The notes under the pieces are model-generated. The model was given only the letters and a program-made list of their open reading frames with translations, did not search any database and was not told the origin of the DNA. Source: Escherichia coli (GTDB taxonomy: Bacteria > Pseudomonadota > Gammaproteobacteria > Enterobacterales > Enterobacteriaceae). From it: a stretch of DNA of 40,549 nt. The DNA lies in the NCBI RefSeq assembly GCF_003334765.1, contig NZ_QOWT01000035.1, one strand, 5' to 3'. The position numbers and the translations under genes were made by a program. This document shows, in pieces, positions 31,101 through 39,910 of the stretch; the first letter of the stretch is position 1, and each line of letters begins with the position of its first letter.

Positions 31101-31897
31101 ATACCCATCTGGCGCTGCACAAAGAGGACGAGAAGATTCGCTTTCGCGATATTCAGGCGCAGCCGCGTAAAATTATCTCCAGCCCCACCTGGTCCGGTCT
31201 GGAAAGCGATCACGTCTCCTATAACGCGGGATACACCAACGTTCATGAGTTAATTCCGTGGCGCACGCTGTCGGGACGCCAGCAGCTCTATCAGGATCAT
31301 CCGTGGATGCGTGCTTTTGGTGAAAGCCTGGTGGCTTATCGCCCGCCTATCGACACCCGTAGCGTCAGTGAGATGCGCCAGATACCGCCAAACGGCTTCC
31401 CGGAAAAAGCACTTAACTTCCTGACGCCGCACCAGAAATGGGGCATTCACTCAACCTACAGTGAAAACCTGCTAATGCTGACGCTCTCTCGCAGTGGACC
31501 GATTGTCTGGATCAGCGAAACAGATGCCCGAGAACTGACCATTGTCGATAACGACTGGGTGGAAGTATTCAACGCCAACGGCGCGCTGACTGCCCGCGCG
31601 GTGGTCAGCCAACGTGTACCGCCGGGCATGACCATGATGTATCACGCCCAGGAACGCATTATGAATATTCCTGGTTCGGAAGTAACTGGCATGCGCGGCG
31701 GCATTCATAACTCGGTTACCCGCGTTTGCCCGAAACCAACGCATATGATTGGCGGTTACGCGCAGCTGGCCTGGGGCTTTAACTACTACGGCACCGTCGG
31801 ATCGAACCGCGATGAGTTCATCATGATCCGCAAGATGAAGAACGTTAACTGGCTGGATGATGAAGGTCGCGATCAGGTACAGGAGGCGAAAAAATGA
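28157..31897 (+). CDS. narZ: respiratory nitrate reductase Z alpha subunit (molybdopterin), 1246 aa
   Basis: ORF track gives 1265 aa from 28100; start placed at MSKLLDRFRYFKQKG... preceded by GGAGCAGGAG; N-terminal H-x3-C-x3-C cluster motif (HGVNCTGSCSWK). Confidence 0.93.
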   Translation: MSKLLDRFRYFKQKGETFADGHGQVMHSNRDWEDSYRQRWQFDKIVRSTHGVNCTGSCSWKIYVKNGLVTWEIQQTDYPRTRPDLPNHEPRGCPRGASYSWYLYSANRLKYPLIRKRLIELWREALKQHSDPVLAWASIMNDPQKCLSYKQVRGRGGFIRSNWQELNQLIAAANVWTIKTYGPDRVAGFSPIPAMSMVSYAAGTRYLSLLGGTCLSFYDWYCDLPPASPMTWGEQTDVPESADWYNSSYIIAWGSNVPQTRTPDAHFFTEVRYKGTKTIAITPDYSEVAKLCDQWLAPKQGTDSALAMAMGHVILKEFHLDNPSDYFINYCRRYSDMPMLVMLEPRDDGSYVPGRMIRASDLVDGLGESNNPQWKTVAVNTAGELVVPNGSIGFRWGEKGKWNLESIAAGTETELSLTLLGQHDAVAGVAFPYFGGIENPHFRSVKHNPVLVRQLPVKNLTLVDGNTCPVVSVYDLVLANYGLDRGLEDENSAKDYAEIKPYTPAWGEQITGVPRQYIETIAREFADTAHKTHGRSMIILGAGVNHWYHMDMNYRGMINMLIFCGCVGQSGGGWAHYVGQEKLRPQTGWLPLAFALDWNRPPRQMNSTSFFYNHSSQWRYEKVSAQELLSPLADASKYSGHLIDFNVRAERMGWLPSAPQLGRNPLGIKAEADKAGLSPTEFTAQALKSGDLRMACEQPDSSSNHPRNLFVWRSNLLGSSGKGHEYMQKYLLGTESGIQGEELGASDGIKPEEVEWQTAAIEGKLDLLVTLDFRMSSTCLFSDIVLPTATWYEKDDMNTSDMHPFIHPLSAAVDPAWESRSDWEIYKGIAKAFSQVCVGHLGKETDVVLQPLLHDSPAELSQPCEVLDWRKGECDLIPGKTAPNIVAVERDYPATYERFTSLGPLMDKLGNGGKGISWNTQDEIDFLGKLNYTKRDGPAQGRPLIDTAIDASEVILALAPETNGHVAVKAWQALGEITGREHTHLALHKEDEKIRFRDIQAQPRKIISSPTWSGLESDHVSYNAGYTNVHELIPWRTLSGRQQLYQDHPWMRAFGESLVAYRPPIDTRSVSEMRQIPPNGFPEKALNFLTPHQKWGIHSTYSENLLMLTLSRSGPIVWISETDARELTIVDNDWVEVFNANGALTARAVVSQRVPPGMTMMYHAQERIMNIPGSEVTGMRGGIHNSVTRVCPKPTHMIGGYAQLAWGFNYYGTVGSNRDEFIMIRKMKNVNWLDDEGRDQVQEAKK

Positions 31898-33438
31898 AAA
31901 TCCGTTCACAAGTCGGCATGGTGCTTAACCTCGACAAATGTATCGGCTGCCATACCTGTTCGGTGACCTGTAAAAACGTCTGGACCGGGCGCGAAGGCAT
32001 GGAGTACGCATGGTTTAACAACGTCGAAACCAAACCGGGCATTGGTTATCCGAAAAACTGGGAAGATCAGGAAGAGTGGCAAGGCGGCTGGGTGCGTGAT
32101 GTGAATGGCAAGATACGCCCGCGTCTGGGCAACAAGATGGGCGTAATAACCAAAATCTTCGCCAACCCGGTGGTGCCGCAGATTGATGATTACTACGAAC
32201 CTTTCACCTTCGACTACGAACATTTGCATAGCGCACCGGAAGGCAAACATATTCCTACTGCTCGCCCGCGTTCACTGATTGACGGCAAACGGATGGACAA
32301 AGTGATCTGGGGGCCAAACTGGGAAGAACTGCTGGGCGGTGAGTTCGAAAAACGTGCCCGCGACCGCAACTTCGAGGCCATGCAAAAGGAGATGTACGGG
32401 CAGTTTGAAAACACCTTCATGATGTACCTGCCGCGCCTGTGCGAACACTGCCTCAATCCCAGCTGCGTGGCGACCTGCCCAAGCGGCGCTATCTACAAAC
32501 GCGAAGAAGACGGCATTGTGCTGATTGATCAGGATAAATGCCGTGGCTGGCGTTTGTGCATAAGCGGTTGTCCGTACAAAAAAATCTACTTCAACTGGAA
32601 AAGCGGCAAGTCAGAAAAATGCATCTTCTGTTACCCACGAATTGAGTCCGGTCAACCGACCGTGTGCTCAGAAACCTGCGTGGGTCGCATCCGGTATCTG
32701 GGCGTGCTGCTTTACGACGCCGACCGCATCGAGGAAGCGGCGAGCACCGAGCGCGAAGTTGACCTCTATGAACGCCAGTGCGAAGTGTTCCTCGATCCAC
32801 ACGATCCCTCAGTGATCGAGGAAGCCCTGAAACAAGGTATTCCACAAAATGTGATTGACGCTGCCCAGCGTTCGCCAGTCTACAAAATGGCGATGGACTG
32901 GAAACTGGCACTACCGTTGCACCCTGAATACCGCACCCTGCCGATGGTCTGGTACGTTCCTCCGCTGTCACCGATTCAGTCCTACGCAGATGCGGGCGGT
33001 TTGCCGAAAAGCGAAGGCGTGCTGCCCGCCATCGAAAGCCTGCGTATTCCGGTGCAATATCTCGCCAATATGTTGAGTGCCGGCGATACCGGTCCGGTAC
33101 TGCGGGCGCTGAAACGGATGATGGCGATGCGCCACTATATGCGTTCACAAACCGTGGAAGGCGTTACTGATACTCGTGCCATCGACGAAGTAGGCCTGAG
33201 CGTCGCCCAGGTCGAAGAGATGTATCGCTATCTCGCCATTGCCAACTATGAAGATCGTTTTGTTATCCCGACCAGCCATCGGGAAATGGCGGGCGATGCC
33301 TTCGCAGAACGCAACGGCTGCGGTTTTACCTTTGGCGACGGTTGCCACGGTTCGGACAGTAAATTCAACCTGTTCAACAGTAGCCGTATCGATGCCATCA
33401 ACATCACCGAAGTGCGCGACAAAGCGGAGGGCGAATAA
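31894..33438 (+). CDS. narY: nitrate reductase Z beta subunit (Fe-S), 514 aa
   Basis: Four Cys clusters (e.g. CIGCHTCSVTC, CEHCLNPSCVATCP); ATGA overlap with narZ. Confidence 0.95.
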   Translation: MKIRSQVGMVLNLDKCIGCHTCSVTCKNVWTGREGMEYAWFNNVETKPGIGYPKNWEDQEEWQGGWVRDVNGKIRPRLGNKMGVITKIFANPVVPQIDDYYEPFTFDYEHLHSAPEGKHIPTARPRSLIDGKRMDKVIWGPNWEELLGGEFEKRARDRNFEAMQKEMYGQFENTFMMYLPRLCEHCLNPSCVATCPSGAIYKREEDGIVLIDQDKCRGWRLCISGCPYKKIYFNWKSGKSEKCIFCYPRIESGQPTVCSETCVGRIRYLGVLLYDADRIEEAASTEREVDLYERQCEVFLDPHDPSVIEEALKQGIPQNVIDAAQRSPVYKMAMDWKLALPLHPEYRTLPMVWYVPPLSPIQSYADAGGLPKSEGVLPAIESLRIPVQYLANMLSAGDTGPVLRALKRMMAMRHYMRSQTVEGVTDTRAIDEVGLSVAQVEEMYRYLAIANYEDRFVIPTSHREMAGDAFAERNGCGFTFGDGCHGSDSKFNLFNSSRIDAINITEVRDKAEGE

Positions 33439-34133
33439 TGCAGATCCTCAAAGTGATCGGCCTGTTGATGGAGTATCCGGACGAGCTGTTGTGGGAATGC
33501 AAGGAGGACGCGCTGGCGTTGATCCGCCGCGACGCGCCGATGCTTACGGATTTCACCCACAACCTGCTTAACGCGCCGCTGCTGGATAAACAGGCCGAAT
33601 GGTGCGAAGTGTTTGACCGCGGGCGCACCACGTCGCTGCTGCTGTTCGAACATGTTCATGCCGAGTCCCGCGATCGCGGCCAGGCAATGGTGGACCTGCT
33701 GGCGGAGTATGAAAAGGTCGGCCTGCAGCTGGATTGTCGGGAACTGCCCGATTATCTACCGCTGTATCTGGAGTATTTAAGCGTACTGCCTGACGATCAG
33801 GCGAAAGAAGGATTGCTCAATGTTGCGCCGATCCTCGCCCTGCTTGGCGGTCGCTTAAAACAACGCGAGGCACCGTGGTACGCGTTGTTTGATGCTCTGC
33901 TGCAACTGGCGGGAAGCTCCCTTTCAAGTGACAGTGTCACAAAACAAGTAAACAGCGAAGAGCGCGATGACACCCGCCAGGCGCTTGATGCAGTGTGGGA
34001 AGAGGAACAGGTGAAGTTTATTGAAGATAACGCCACGGCGTGTGACAGCTCGCCGCTTAATCAATATCAGCGACGCTTTAGCCAGGATGTCGCGCCGCAA
34101 TATGTCGACATCAGTGCGGGAGGTGGGAAATGA
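33438..34133 (+). CDS. narW: nitrate reductase Z assembly chaperone (NarJ paralogue), 231 aa
   Basis: 231-aa ORF whose ATG overlaps the narY TAA by 1 nt; recognised as NarW. Confidence 0.92.
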
Positions 34134-34810
34134 TTCAGTATCTGAACGTCTTTTTTTACGATATCTACCCGTACATTTGTGCGACGGTGTTTTTCCTCGG
34201 CAGCTGGCTGCGCTACGACTACGGGCAGTACACCTGGCGCGCCTCCTCAAGTCAAATGCTCGATAAACGCGGGATGGTGATATGGTCGAATCTGTTCCAT
34301 ATCGGCATTTTGGGGATTTTCTTCGGGCACTTGTTCGGCATGTTAACGCCGCACTGGATGTACGCGTGGTTTTTGCCAGTGGCAGCGAAACAACTCATGG
34401 CGATGGTGCTCGGCGGTATTTGCGGTGTGTTGACGTTGATTGGCGGCGCAGGACTGCTGTGGCGCAGGCTGACAAATCAGCGCGTGCGTGCCACTTCCAC
34501 TACGCCGGATATCATCATCATGAGCATTTTGCTGATCCAGTGTCTGTTGGGGCTAAGTACCATACCGTTTTCAGCACAGTATCCTGATGGTAGCGAAATG
34601 ATGAAGCTGGTGGGTTGGGCGCAAAGCATTGTCACTTTCCGTGGTGGATCGTCAGAGATGCTCAACGGCGTAGCGTTCGTCTTCCGCCTGCATCTGGTGT
34701 TGGGAATGACCATCTTCCTGCTCTTCCCGTTCACCCGACTGGTGCATGTGTGGAGCGCGCCGTTTGAGTACTTTACTCGTCGATATCAAATTGTGCGTTC
34801 GCGGCGATAA
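34130..34810 (+). CDS. narV: nitrate reductase Z gamma subunit (cytochrome b), 226 aa
   Basis: 226-aa membrane protein; ATGA overlap with narW; recognised as NarV. Confidence 0.93.
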
Positions 34811-34888
34811 TTTCACCCTGGCCGGATAGCCCTTCGCTCTCCGGCCACTTGCAGGCTATGATAGTTCTCCAGTCACAGGAGAACGTTA

Positions 34889-35782
34889 ATGAAACCGCAG
34901 GTGTACCACGTCGATGCTTTTACCTCACAACCGTTTCGCGGCAATTCTGCCGGTGTTGTTTTCCCCGCCGATAATCTTAGCGAAGCGCAAATGCAGCTTA
35001 TCGCCCGCGAGTTAGGCCATTCGGAAACTGCTTTTCTGCTGCACAGCGACGACAGCGATGTGCGCATCCGCTACTTTACGCCAACGGTTGAAGTGCCGAT
35101 TTGCGGTCACGCGACAGTAGCTGCGCACTATGTACGTGCGAAGGTGTTAGGTTTAGGAAATTGCACGATCTGGCAAACATCGCTGGCAGGAAAACATCGC
35201 GTGACTATCGAAAAGCACAACGATGATTATCGTATTTCGCTGGAACAAGGTACGCCGGGCTTTGAGCCACCGCTGGAAGGTGAAACACGTGCGGCGATTA
35301 TCAACGCGCTTCATCTCACTGAGGACGATATTCTGCCAGGCTTGCCAATTCAGGTGGCAACAACAGGACACTCAAAAGTGATGATCCCACTGAAACCGGA
35401 AGTGGATATCGACGCCCTTTCGCCTGACCTTAATGCGCTGACCGCTATCAGCAAAAAGATTGGCTGCAATGGTTTCTTCCCGTTCCAGATCCGCCCAGGC
35501 AAAAACGAAACCGATGGTCGCATGTTCTCGCCTGCGATTGGTATTGTGGAAGATCCGGTGACTGGCAATGCCAATGGCCCGATGGGTGCATGGTTGGTAC
35601 ATCACAACGTATTGCCCCACGATGGCAACGTGTTGCGTGTTAAAGGCCATCAGGGGCGCGCATTGGGGCGTGACGGTATGATTGAAGTGACGGTGACAAT
35701 TCGTGATAACCAACCGGAAAAAGTCACCATTTCAGGCACAGCGGTGATTTTGTTTCATGCCGAATGGGCAATTGAACTCTGA
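34889..35782 (+). CDS. yddE: PhzF-family isomerase-like protein, 297 aa
   Basis: 297-aa ORF recognised as YddE (PhzF superfamily). Confidence 0.88.
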   Translation: MKPQVYHVDAFTSQPFRGNSAGVVFPADNLSEAQMQLIARELGHSETAFLLHSDDSDVRIRYFTPTVEVPICGHATVAAHYVRAKVLGLGNCTIWQTSLAGKHRVTIEKHNDDYRISLEQGTPGFEPPLEGETRAAIINALHLTEDDILPGLPIQVATTGHSKVMIPLKPEVDIDALSPDLNALTAISKKIGCNGFFPFQIRPGKNETDGRMFSPAIGIVEDPVTGNANGPMGAWLVHHNVLPHDGNVLRVKGHQGRALGRDGMIEVTVTIRDNQPEKVTISGTAVILFHAEWAIEL

Positions 35783-35791
35783 AACCGTTGT

Positions 35792-35866
35792 CTGATGCGC
35801 TTCGCCTGTCAGGTCTACAACCGGGCTAATGTATGCCGGATAAGGCGTTTACGCCGCATCCGGCAA
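35792..35866. repeat. pair of REP palindromic units between convergent yddE and nhoA
   Basis: CTGATGCGCTTCGCCTGTCAGGTCTAC and TGCCGGATAAGGCGTTTACGCCGCATCCGGCA are close variants of the REP units seen at 18400-18500. Confidence 0.85.
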
Positions 35867-35877
35867 CCTGACATAAA

Positions 35878-36723
35878 TTATTTTCCCGCCTCCGGGTGCG
35901 TATCAAACGCCGCCATCACCAGCGCTAACTCATCCACGGTAAAGCCATGTTTCGCATCATCCACGCCCAGACCAAACTGTTCTTGCATCACAGCATATAA
36001 TGACGCCACATCCGGTAGATTTCGCTGCTCCACCGCGTGCCCATTTTCATAATGGGTAAAATGAAAATTGGTCAGTGTCAGCTTGCCGCCGTCCGGCAAA
36101 TGGCGGCACATCAGCAAATGATGGCGAAAATGCGACTGCGGCCAGTGCGCCGACCAGAAATTGCCCATCACATAATCGCTTTGTTGCTGCTCGCAGAGAT
36201 CAAAACGGTACATCGACTGCCAATGCTGATGATGATTAAACTGCAACACCCAATCATCACCCTCCTGCAACAACCGATACTCTCCGTGTGGCGTGGTCTG
36301 CACGAGATCGGAAACTAAACGAATCGGCGCGGTTAGCGTCTGCCCACCGAAACCGACATCAGCAATCCATTTTTCCTCTTCCAGTTCCACCAACAGCAAA
36401 CGATGGGTGCGCGGCGGTAATGCTGGCGGATTTGATAACACTACGCGCCCTAACAAGCTGCGAACGTTAAACCCCAGCTCGCGTAACACCCGCTCAAACA
36501 CGCCATTCTGCTCAAAACAGTAACCGCCACGACGGGCTATCACCAGTTTCTCTTCCGGCGATTGATTATCAAGCTGTATTTCCCTCGGCAGCAAAACGTC
36601 GAGGTTTTCAAACGGAATGGTGCAATTGTGTTTCAGGTGCAATGCACGAAGCGTATCAATATTGACCGCAGCAGCTCCCGACCAGTTAATACGGGCAAAA
36701 TAGTGATTCAGAATGGGCGTCAT
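35878..36723 (-). CDS. nhoA: arylamine N-acetyltransferase (N-hydroxyarylamine O-acetyltransferase), 281 aa
   Basis: 281-aa ORF recognised as NhoA; contains the NAT-family catalytic Cys region (RRGGYCFEQN). Confidence 0.93.
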   Translation of the reverse strand: MTPILNHYFARINWSGAAAVNIDTLRALHLKHNCTIPFENLDVLLPREIQLDNQSPEEKLVIARRGGYCFEQNGVFERVLRELGFNVRSLLGRVVLSNPPALPPRTHRLLLVELEEEKWIADVGFGGQTLTAPIRLVSDLVQTTPHGEYRLLQEGDDWVLQFNHHQHWQSMYRFDLCEQQQSDYVMGNFWSAHWPQSHFRHHLLMCRHLPDGGKLTLTNFHFTHYENGHAVEQRNLPDVASLYAVMQEQFGLGVDDAKHGFTVDELALVMAAFDTHPEAGK

Positions 36724-36895
36724 CAGGCGTTTCCCTTAGTGGTTTTCTCAACTTATAACCTGGAATAGACGCCGCACCGGCTATTTTGTGCGATCGCGGA
36801 CATGCATCACGTTCGCAAATCGCCAATCCCGTTAATTTCGTTACTTATTGCGTTACGGACTACGCTTAAAAAAACCTTCTTCGCGAGGCGATACC

Positions 36896-37465
36896 ATGAG
36901 CCGATTCATCCCCATAGAATTACACCATGCCAGCCGTCTGTTAAATCATGGCCCAACGGTCTTGATCACCAGTTTCGATGAGCAATCCCAGCGGCGTAAC
37001 ATTATGGCTGCAGCCTGGTCAATGCCGGTGGAGTTTGAACCTCCACGCGTGGCGATTGTGGTAGATAAATCGACATGGACCAGGGAGTTGATTGAACATA
37101 ACGGTAAATTTGGCATCGTTATCCCGGGCGTTGCAGCAACTAACTGGACGTGGGCGGTGGGAAGTGTGTCGGGGCGTGATGAAGATAAATTTAATTGCTA
37201 TGGCATTCCGGTTGTGAGAGGCCCGGTATTTGGTTTGCCTCTGGTCGAGGAAAAATGTCTGGCGTGGATGGAGTGTCGATTGCTACCTGCGACTTCTGCG
37301 CAAGAAGAATACGACACGCTGTTTGGCGAAGTAGTATCAGCAGCGGCAGACGCACGGGTATTTGTCGAAGGCCGCTGGCAGTTTGATGATGATAAGCTCA
37401 ATACGTTGCATCATTTAGGTGCTGGGACGTTTGTTACCAGCGGCAAGCGTGTTACGGCGGGTTAA
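36896..37465 (+). CDS. yddH: flavin-reductase-like protein, 189 aa
   Basis: ORF track gives 205 aa from 36848; start placed at [11 protein letters not shown]... to give the recalled 189 aa. Confidence 0.85.
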
Positions 37466-37695
37466 GCATTCATGCTATAACCAGGTTTCTTTATCAAAGC
37501 CTCCATTTGGGGCGCGATTTCGGCATCCCAGATAGCTTGCCAAGATTCTGGTTGAATCTGCTGTAGAGCAATGCTTATCGAACTGTCTTTACTGTTCAGA
37601 TGACGAATAATAACGTCGGTAATATCTGCAGCAAGTGCTGCTTTTTGTTGTTCGTCCAGTTCACGCGGAAAACATTTAATGTCGATGTGCGGCAT
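37462..37695 (-). CDS. pptA: tautomerase (4-oxalocrotonate tautomerase family), 77 aa
   Basis: ORF track gives 90 aa from 37734; the recalled PptA starts at [16 protein letters not shown]... with the family's catalytic N-terminal Pro after Met; convergent with yddH and overlapping it by 4 nt. Confidence 0.85.
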
Positions 37696-37781
37696 GATTA
37701 CGCTCCTTTTGAAAGATGTCAGTAAAATTAACACACATTGTGAATGTCATGTGTCCGGTAAAGCGTTTATACGACAATAAT

Positions 37782-39078
37782 GCCCAGGGCAAGATTACGA
37801 AAGCCCGCTCCCCGTAAGGACTGACGCCAGGTAGTTTCTGTCCATGGCTGCTTTTCGCATCTTACGTCTTAACCCTGCCTTGAATACCTTATCATTCGTC
37901 AAAATATTAATAGCAATGTGCCGTATCCCTGAAAATAATTCTGCTGCATTTCCTCTTCTTATTTTGCAGTCGTCTTCATTCATTACCACGTCCAGACGCC
38001 AGTGCAGCTTATTCTCCACGTGCCAGTGATTTCGGATCGCTGTGGCGAATTTCTCAGCGGTTAAATCAGCAGAACTGATATAATATCTGACCGTCATTTC
38101 TGGCTCTTTCTTTTGTTCTGCTATTATGGACCGAAAGGAGACTGCCACGCATAATTTCTTCAGCCCTTTCCATTCAAACGTGAAATCAATAAGTTCATCA
38201 GGGACATCGCAAACAATATGAAGACGGATTTCTTCTCTGCCGTGACTCTTTTCACTCATTGCGTAACTGTCATGCGCTGGATTATTTAATTCTTTCAGCG
38301 GAAATTTTTCCTCAAAGGCTTTATTTAGCCGCCCCTGGTTTCCTTTTACCGCGAATAAATAATCACCTCCCTGTTTTTGTATCTTCTCTGCAATATCTTT
38401 CTGGCAACCCATCGCATCAGTTGTGATGATTTTTCCTTTAATATCCAGCATGTTAAGAAGTTCTGGGATAGCTGTAATCTCATTAGATTTCTCATCCGTC
38501 TTGATCTGTCCGATGACCAGACTGTGCATTGTTGAGAACGCACTAATGACATGAATCGCTCCCCTGCGGCGACTCTTGTCATAAGAGTGCCGGAGCGTTT
38601 TTCCATCAATTGCAATGACGTCTTTATCATCTGAAGAATGGCAGTCACGCATCCAGTTAATAAAGCACTCGTGAAATTTTGCAGGACTGATACAGGATAC
38701 AACTCTGGCAATGGTATCGTGAACAGGAATACCATTTTCAAAATCACCATATTGCTTCAAAAAATCGAGATGTGTTTCCCCAAAATCCTCTATATCTTCC
38801 CAACCTTCTGCACCAGAAATAACGGCACAAATAGTCAACAGTAGAATATCCGATAATTTATGTTCCACTTTCCAGGTTTGTCTGTAATCGGGGATAATAG
38901 AAATATGTTCCATCAATTTTTTAAGTTCCATTTTGTTCTCCTTAATTAGGTAAGGAGTATTTGATCATGTATAAGCAATAAAAAACAGCTTCAGGTAATA
39001 AGGAATATCTCAATTTTTAAACATAAAATGCGAATTATTTAGTGCAAAAAGTGAACTTTTGATGATCTTTCCCTGGCC
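37782..39078 (-). mobile_element. ISAs1-family (H-repeat, H-rpt) insertion element, about 1.3 kb
   Basis: Contains the 378-aa H-rpt transposase; imperfect terminal inverted repeats seen by eye (GCCCAGGGCAAGATTACGAAA at 37782-37802 versus the reverse complement of 39058-39078, GGCCAGGGAAAGATCATCAAA, about 16/21 identical). Boundaries are approximate. Confidence 0.6.
37795..38931 (-). CDS. ydcC: ISAs1-family transposase (H repeat-associated protein), 378 aa
   Basis: 378-aa ORF recognised as the H-rpt protein YdcC of the RhsE locus; stop codon lies inside the terminal inverted repeat. Confidence 0.9.
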   Translation of the reverse strand: MELKKLMEHISIIPDYRQTWKVEHKLSDILLLTICAVISGAEGWEDIEDFGETHLDFLKQYGDFENGIPVHDTIARVVSCISPAKFHECFINWMRDCHSSDDKDVIAIDGKTLRHSYDKSRRRGAIHVISAFSTMHSLVIGQIKTDEKSNEITAIPELLNMLDIKGKIITTDAMGCQKDIAEKIQKQGGDYLFAVKGNQGRLNKAFEEKFPLKELNNPAHDSYAMSEKSHGREEIRLHIVCDVPDELIDFTFEWKGLKKLCVAVSFRSIIAEQKKEPEMTVRYYISSADLTAEKFATAIRNHWHVENKLHWRLDVVMNEDDCKIRRGNAAELFSGIRHIAINILTNDKVFKAGLRRKMRKAAMDRNYLASVLTGSGLS

Positions 39079-39176
39079 GTTGACTCGATTGCCGTAGCTC
39101 GAACGCAAGCACTCTTATCATTCAATGCCATATTGTTCAAAATATTAAAAACATTATCTTCGCATTTTTTGCAAAT

Positions 39177-39422
39177 TTATATTTGCCCGAGTATAAATGC
39201 TCCGATATCTCTACGGATATAATTTTTGTCAGTGCAGAATTCAATTGCCAATCTAACAGCGTCTTGCCCCCCTCTTAACTGTAATACTCTGGCAGATGAA
39301 ATCCTTTTCAAGGAATTGCGATCATCAAGTAAGCGAAATAATTCATCATCATTTAGTTTCTTACATTTATTATATAAACCATACTCTTTACTTGCCTTTC
39401 TTTTCTGGTATGTATTTGACAT
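39177..39422 (-). pseudogene. truncated yibA-like HEAT-repeat protein gene (N-terminal ~80 codons only)
   Basis: Translation MSNTYQKRKASKEYGLYNKCKKLNDDELFRLLDDRNSLKRISSARVLQLRGGQDAVRLAIEFCTDKNYIRRDIGAFILGQI closely matches the N-terminus of YibA (rhsA locus) as I recall it, then stops; full-length YibA is about 280 aa. Confidence 0.65.
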
Positions 39423-39526
39423 TGCAGGAACCTCCATAAAGGCTATCTTTTTCTATCGTTTGACTGTCTGGAGTCCTCCACCTACTCTGCCATCAGCGCA
39501 CACGATGTTTGATTATCCTTACATAC

Positions 39527-39910
39527 TTATTTTCCGTGGCCAAAATTCAGAATTCTCCCATCATTTTTGCCTATTTCTATAATAAAAACCCCACCAGCAA
39601 TTTGGTCTGAGTGAATGGTACCTTCAACAACCCAACTTGTTGTTAACTCAGTGATTTCGTATGGTTTTTCTTCTTCTGCGGCATCCTGTCCATAACGATT
39701 CTTAACATATATCTCAGCTAATTCCAATGCTATAGCTTTATTTTTAACCAAATTTCTAACGGTATATTTACCTTCACTTTCATACTTGCGCATTATTTTA
39801 ATATTATTATTACACTGCGCCCATGTGTTGTATGTAAAAACAAACAAAGATACAATGACACAGTTCCTAAACAATATTTTTTTACATATTACCATGAACT
39901 CTGCAGACAT
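39527..39910 (-). CDS. ydcD: hypothetical protein, probable Rhs-tip immunity protein, 127 aa in this sequence
   Basis: AT-rich ORF overlapping the 3' end of the Rhs toxin-tip ORF by 29 nt, the typical toxin/immunity arrangement; hydrophobic N-terminus. No in-frame extension is possible upstream (stop 7 codons before the ATG). Confidence 0.7.
   Translation of the reverse strand: MSAEFMVICKKILFRNCVIVSLFVFTYNTWAQCNNNIKIMRKYESEGKYTVRNLVKNKAIALELAEIYVKNRYGQDAAEEEKPYEITELTTSWVVEGTIHSDQIAGGVFIIEIGKNDGRILNFGHGK

Noticed and set aside
32591-33659. Minus-strand ORFs (185 and 137 aa) inside narY
   Set aside because: Antisense to the Fe-S subunit gene; Arg/Ser-rich low-complexity translation.
36037-36523. 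Plus-strand ORFs (93, 60, 76 aa) inside nhoA
   Set aside because: Antisense to nhoA; short, low-complexity, no start-site features.
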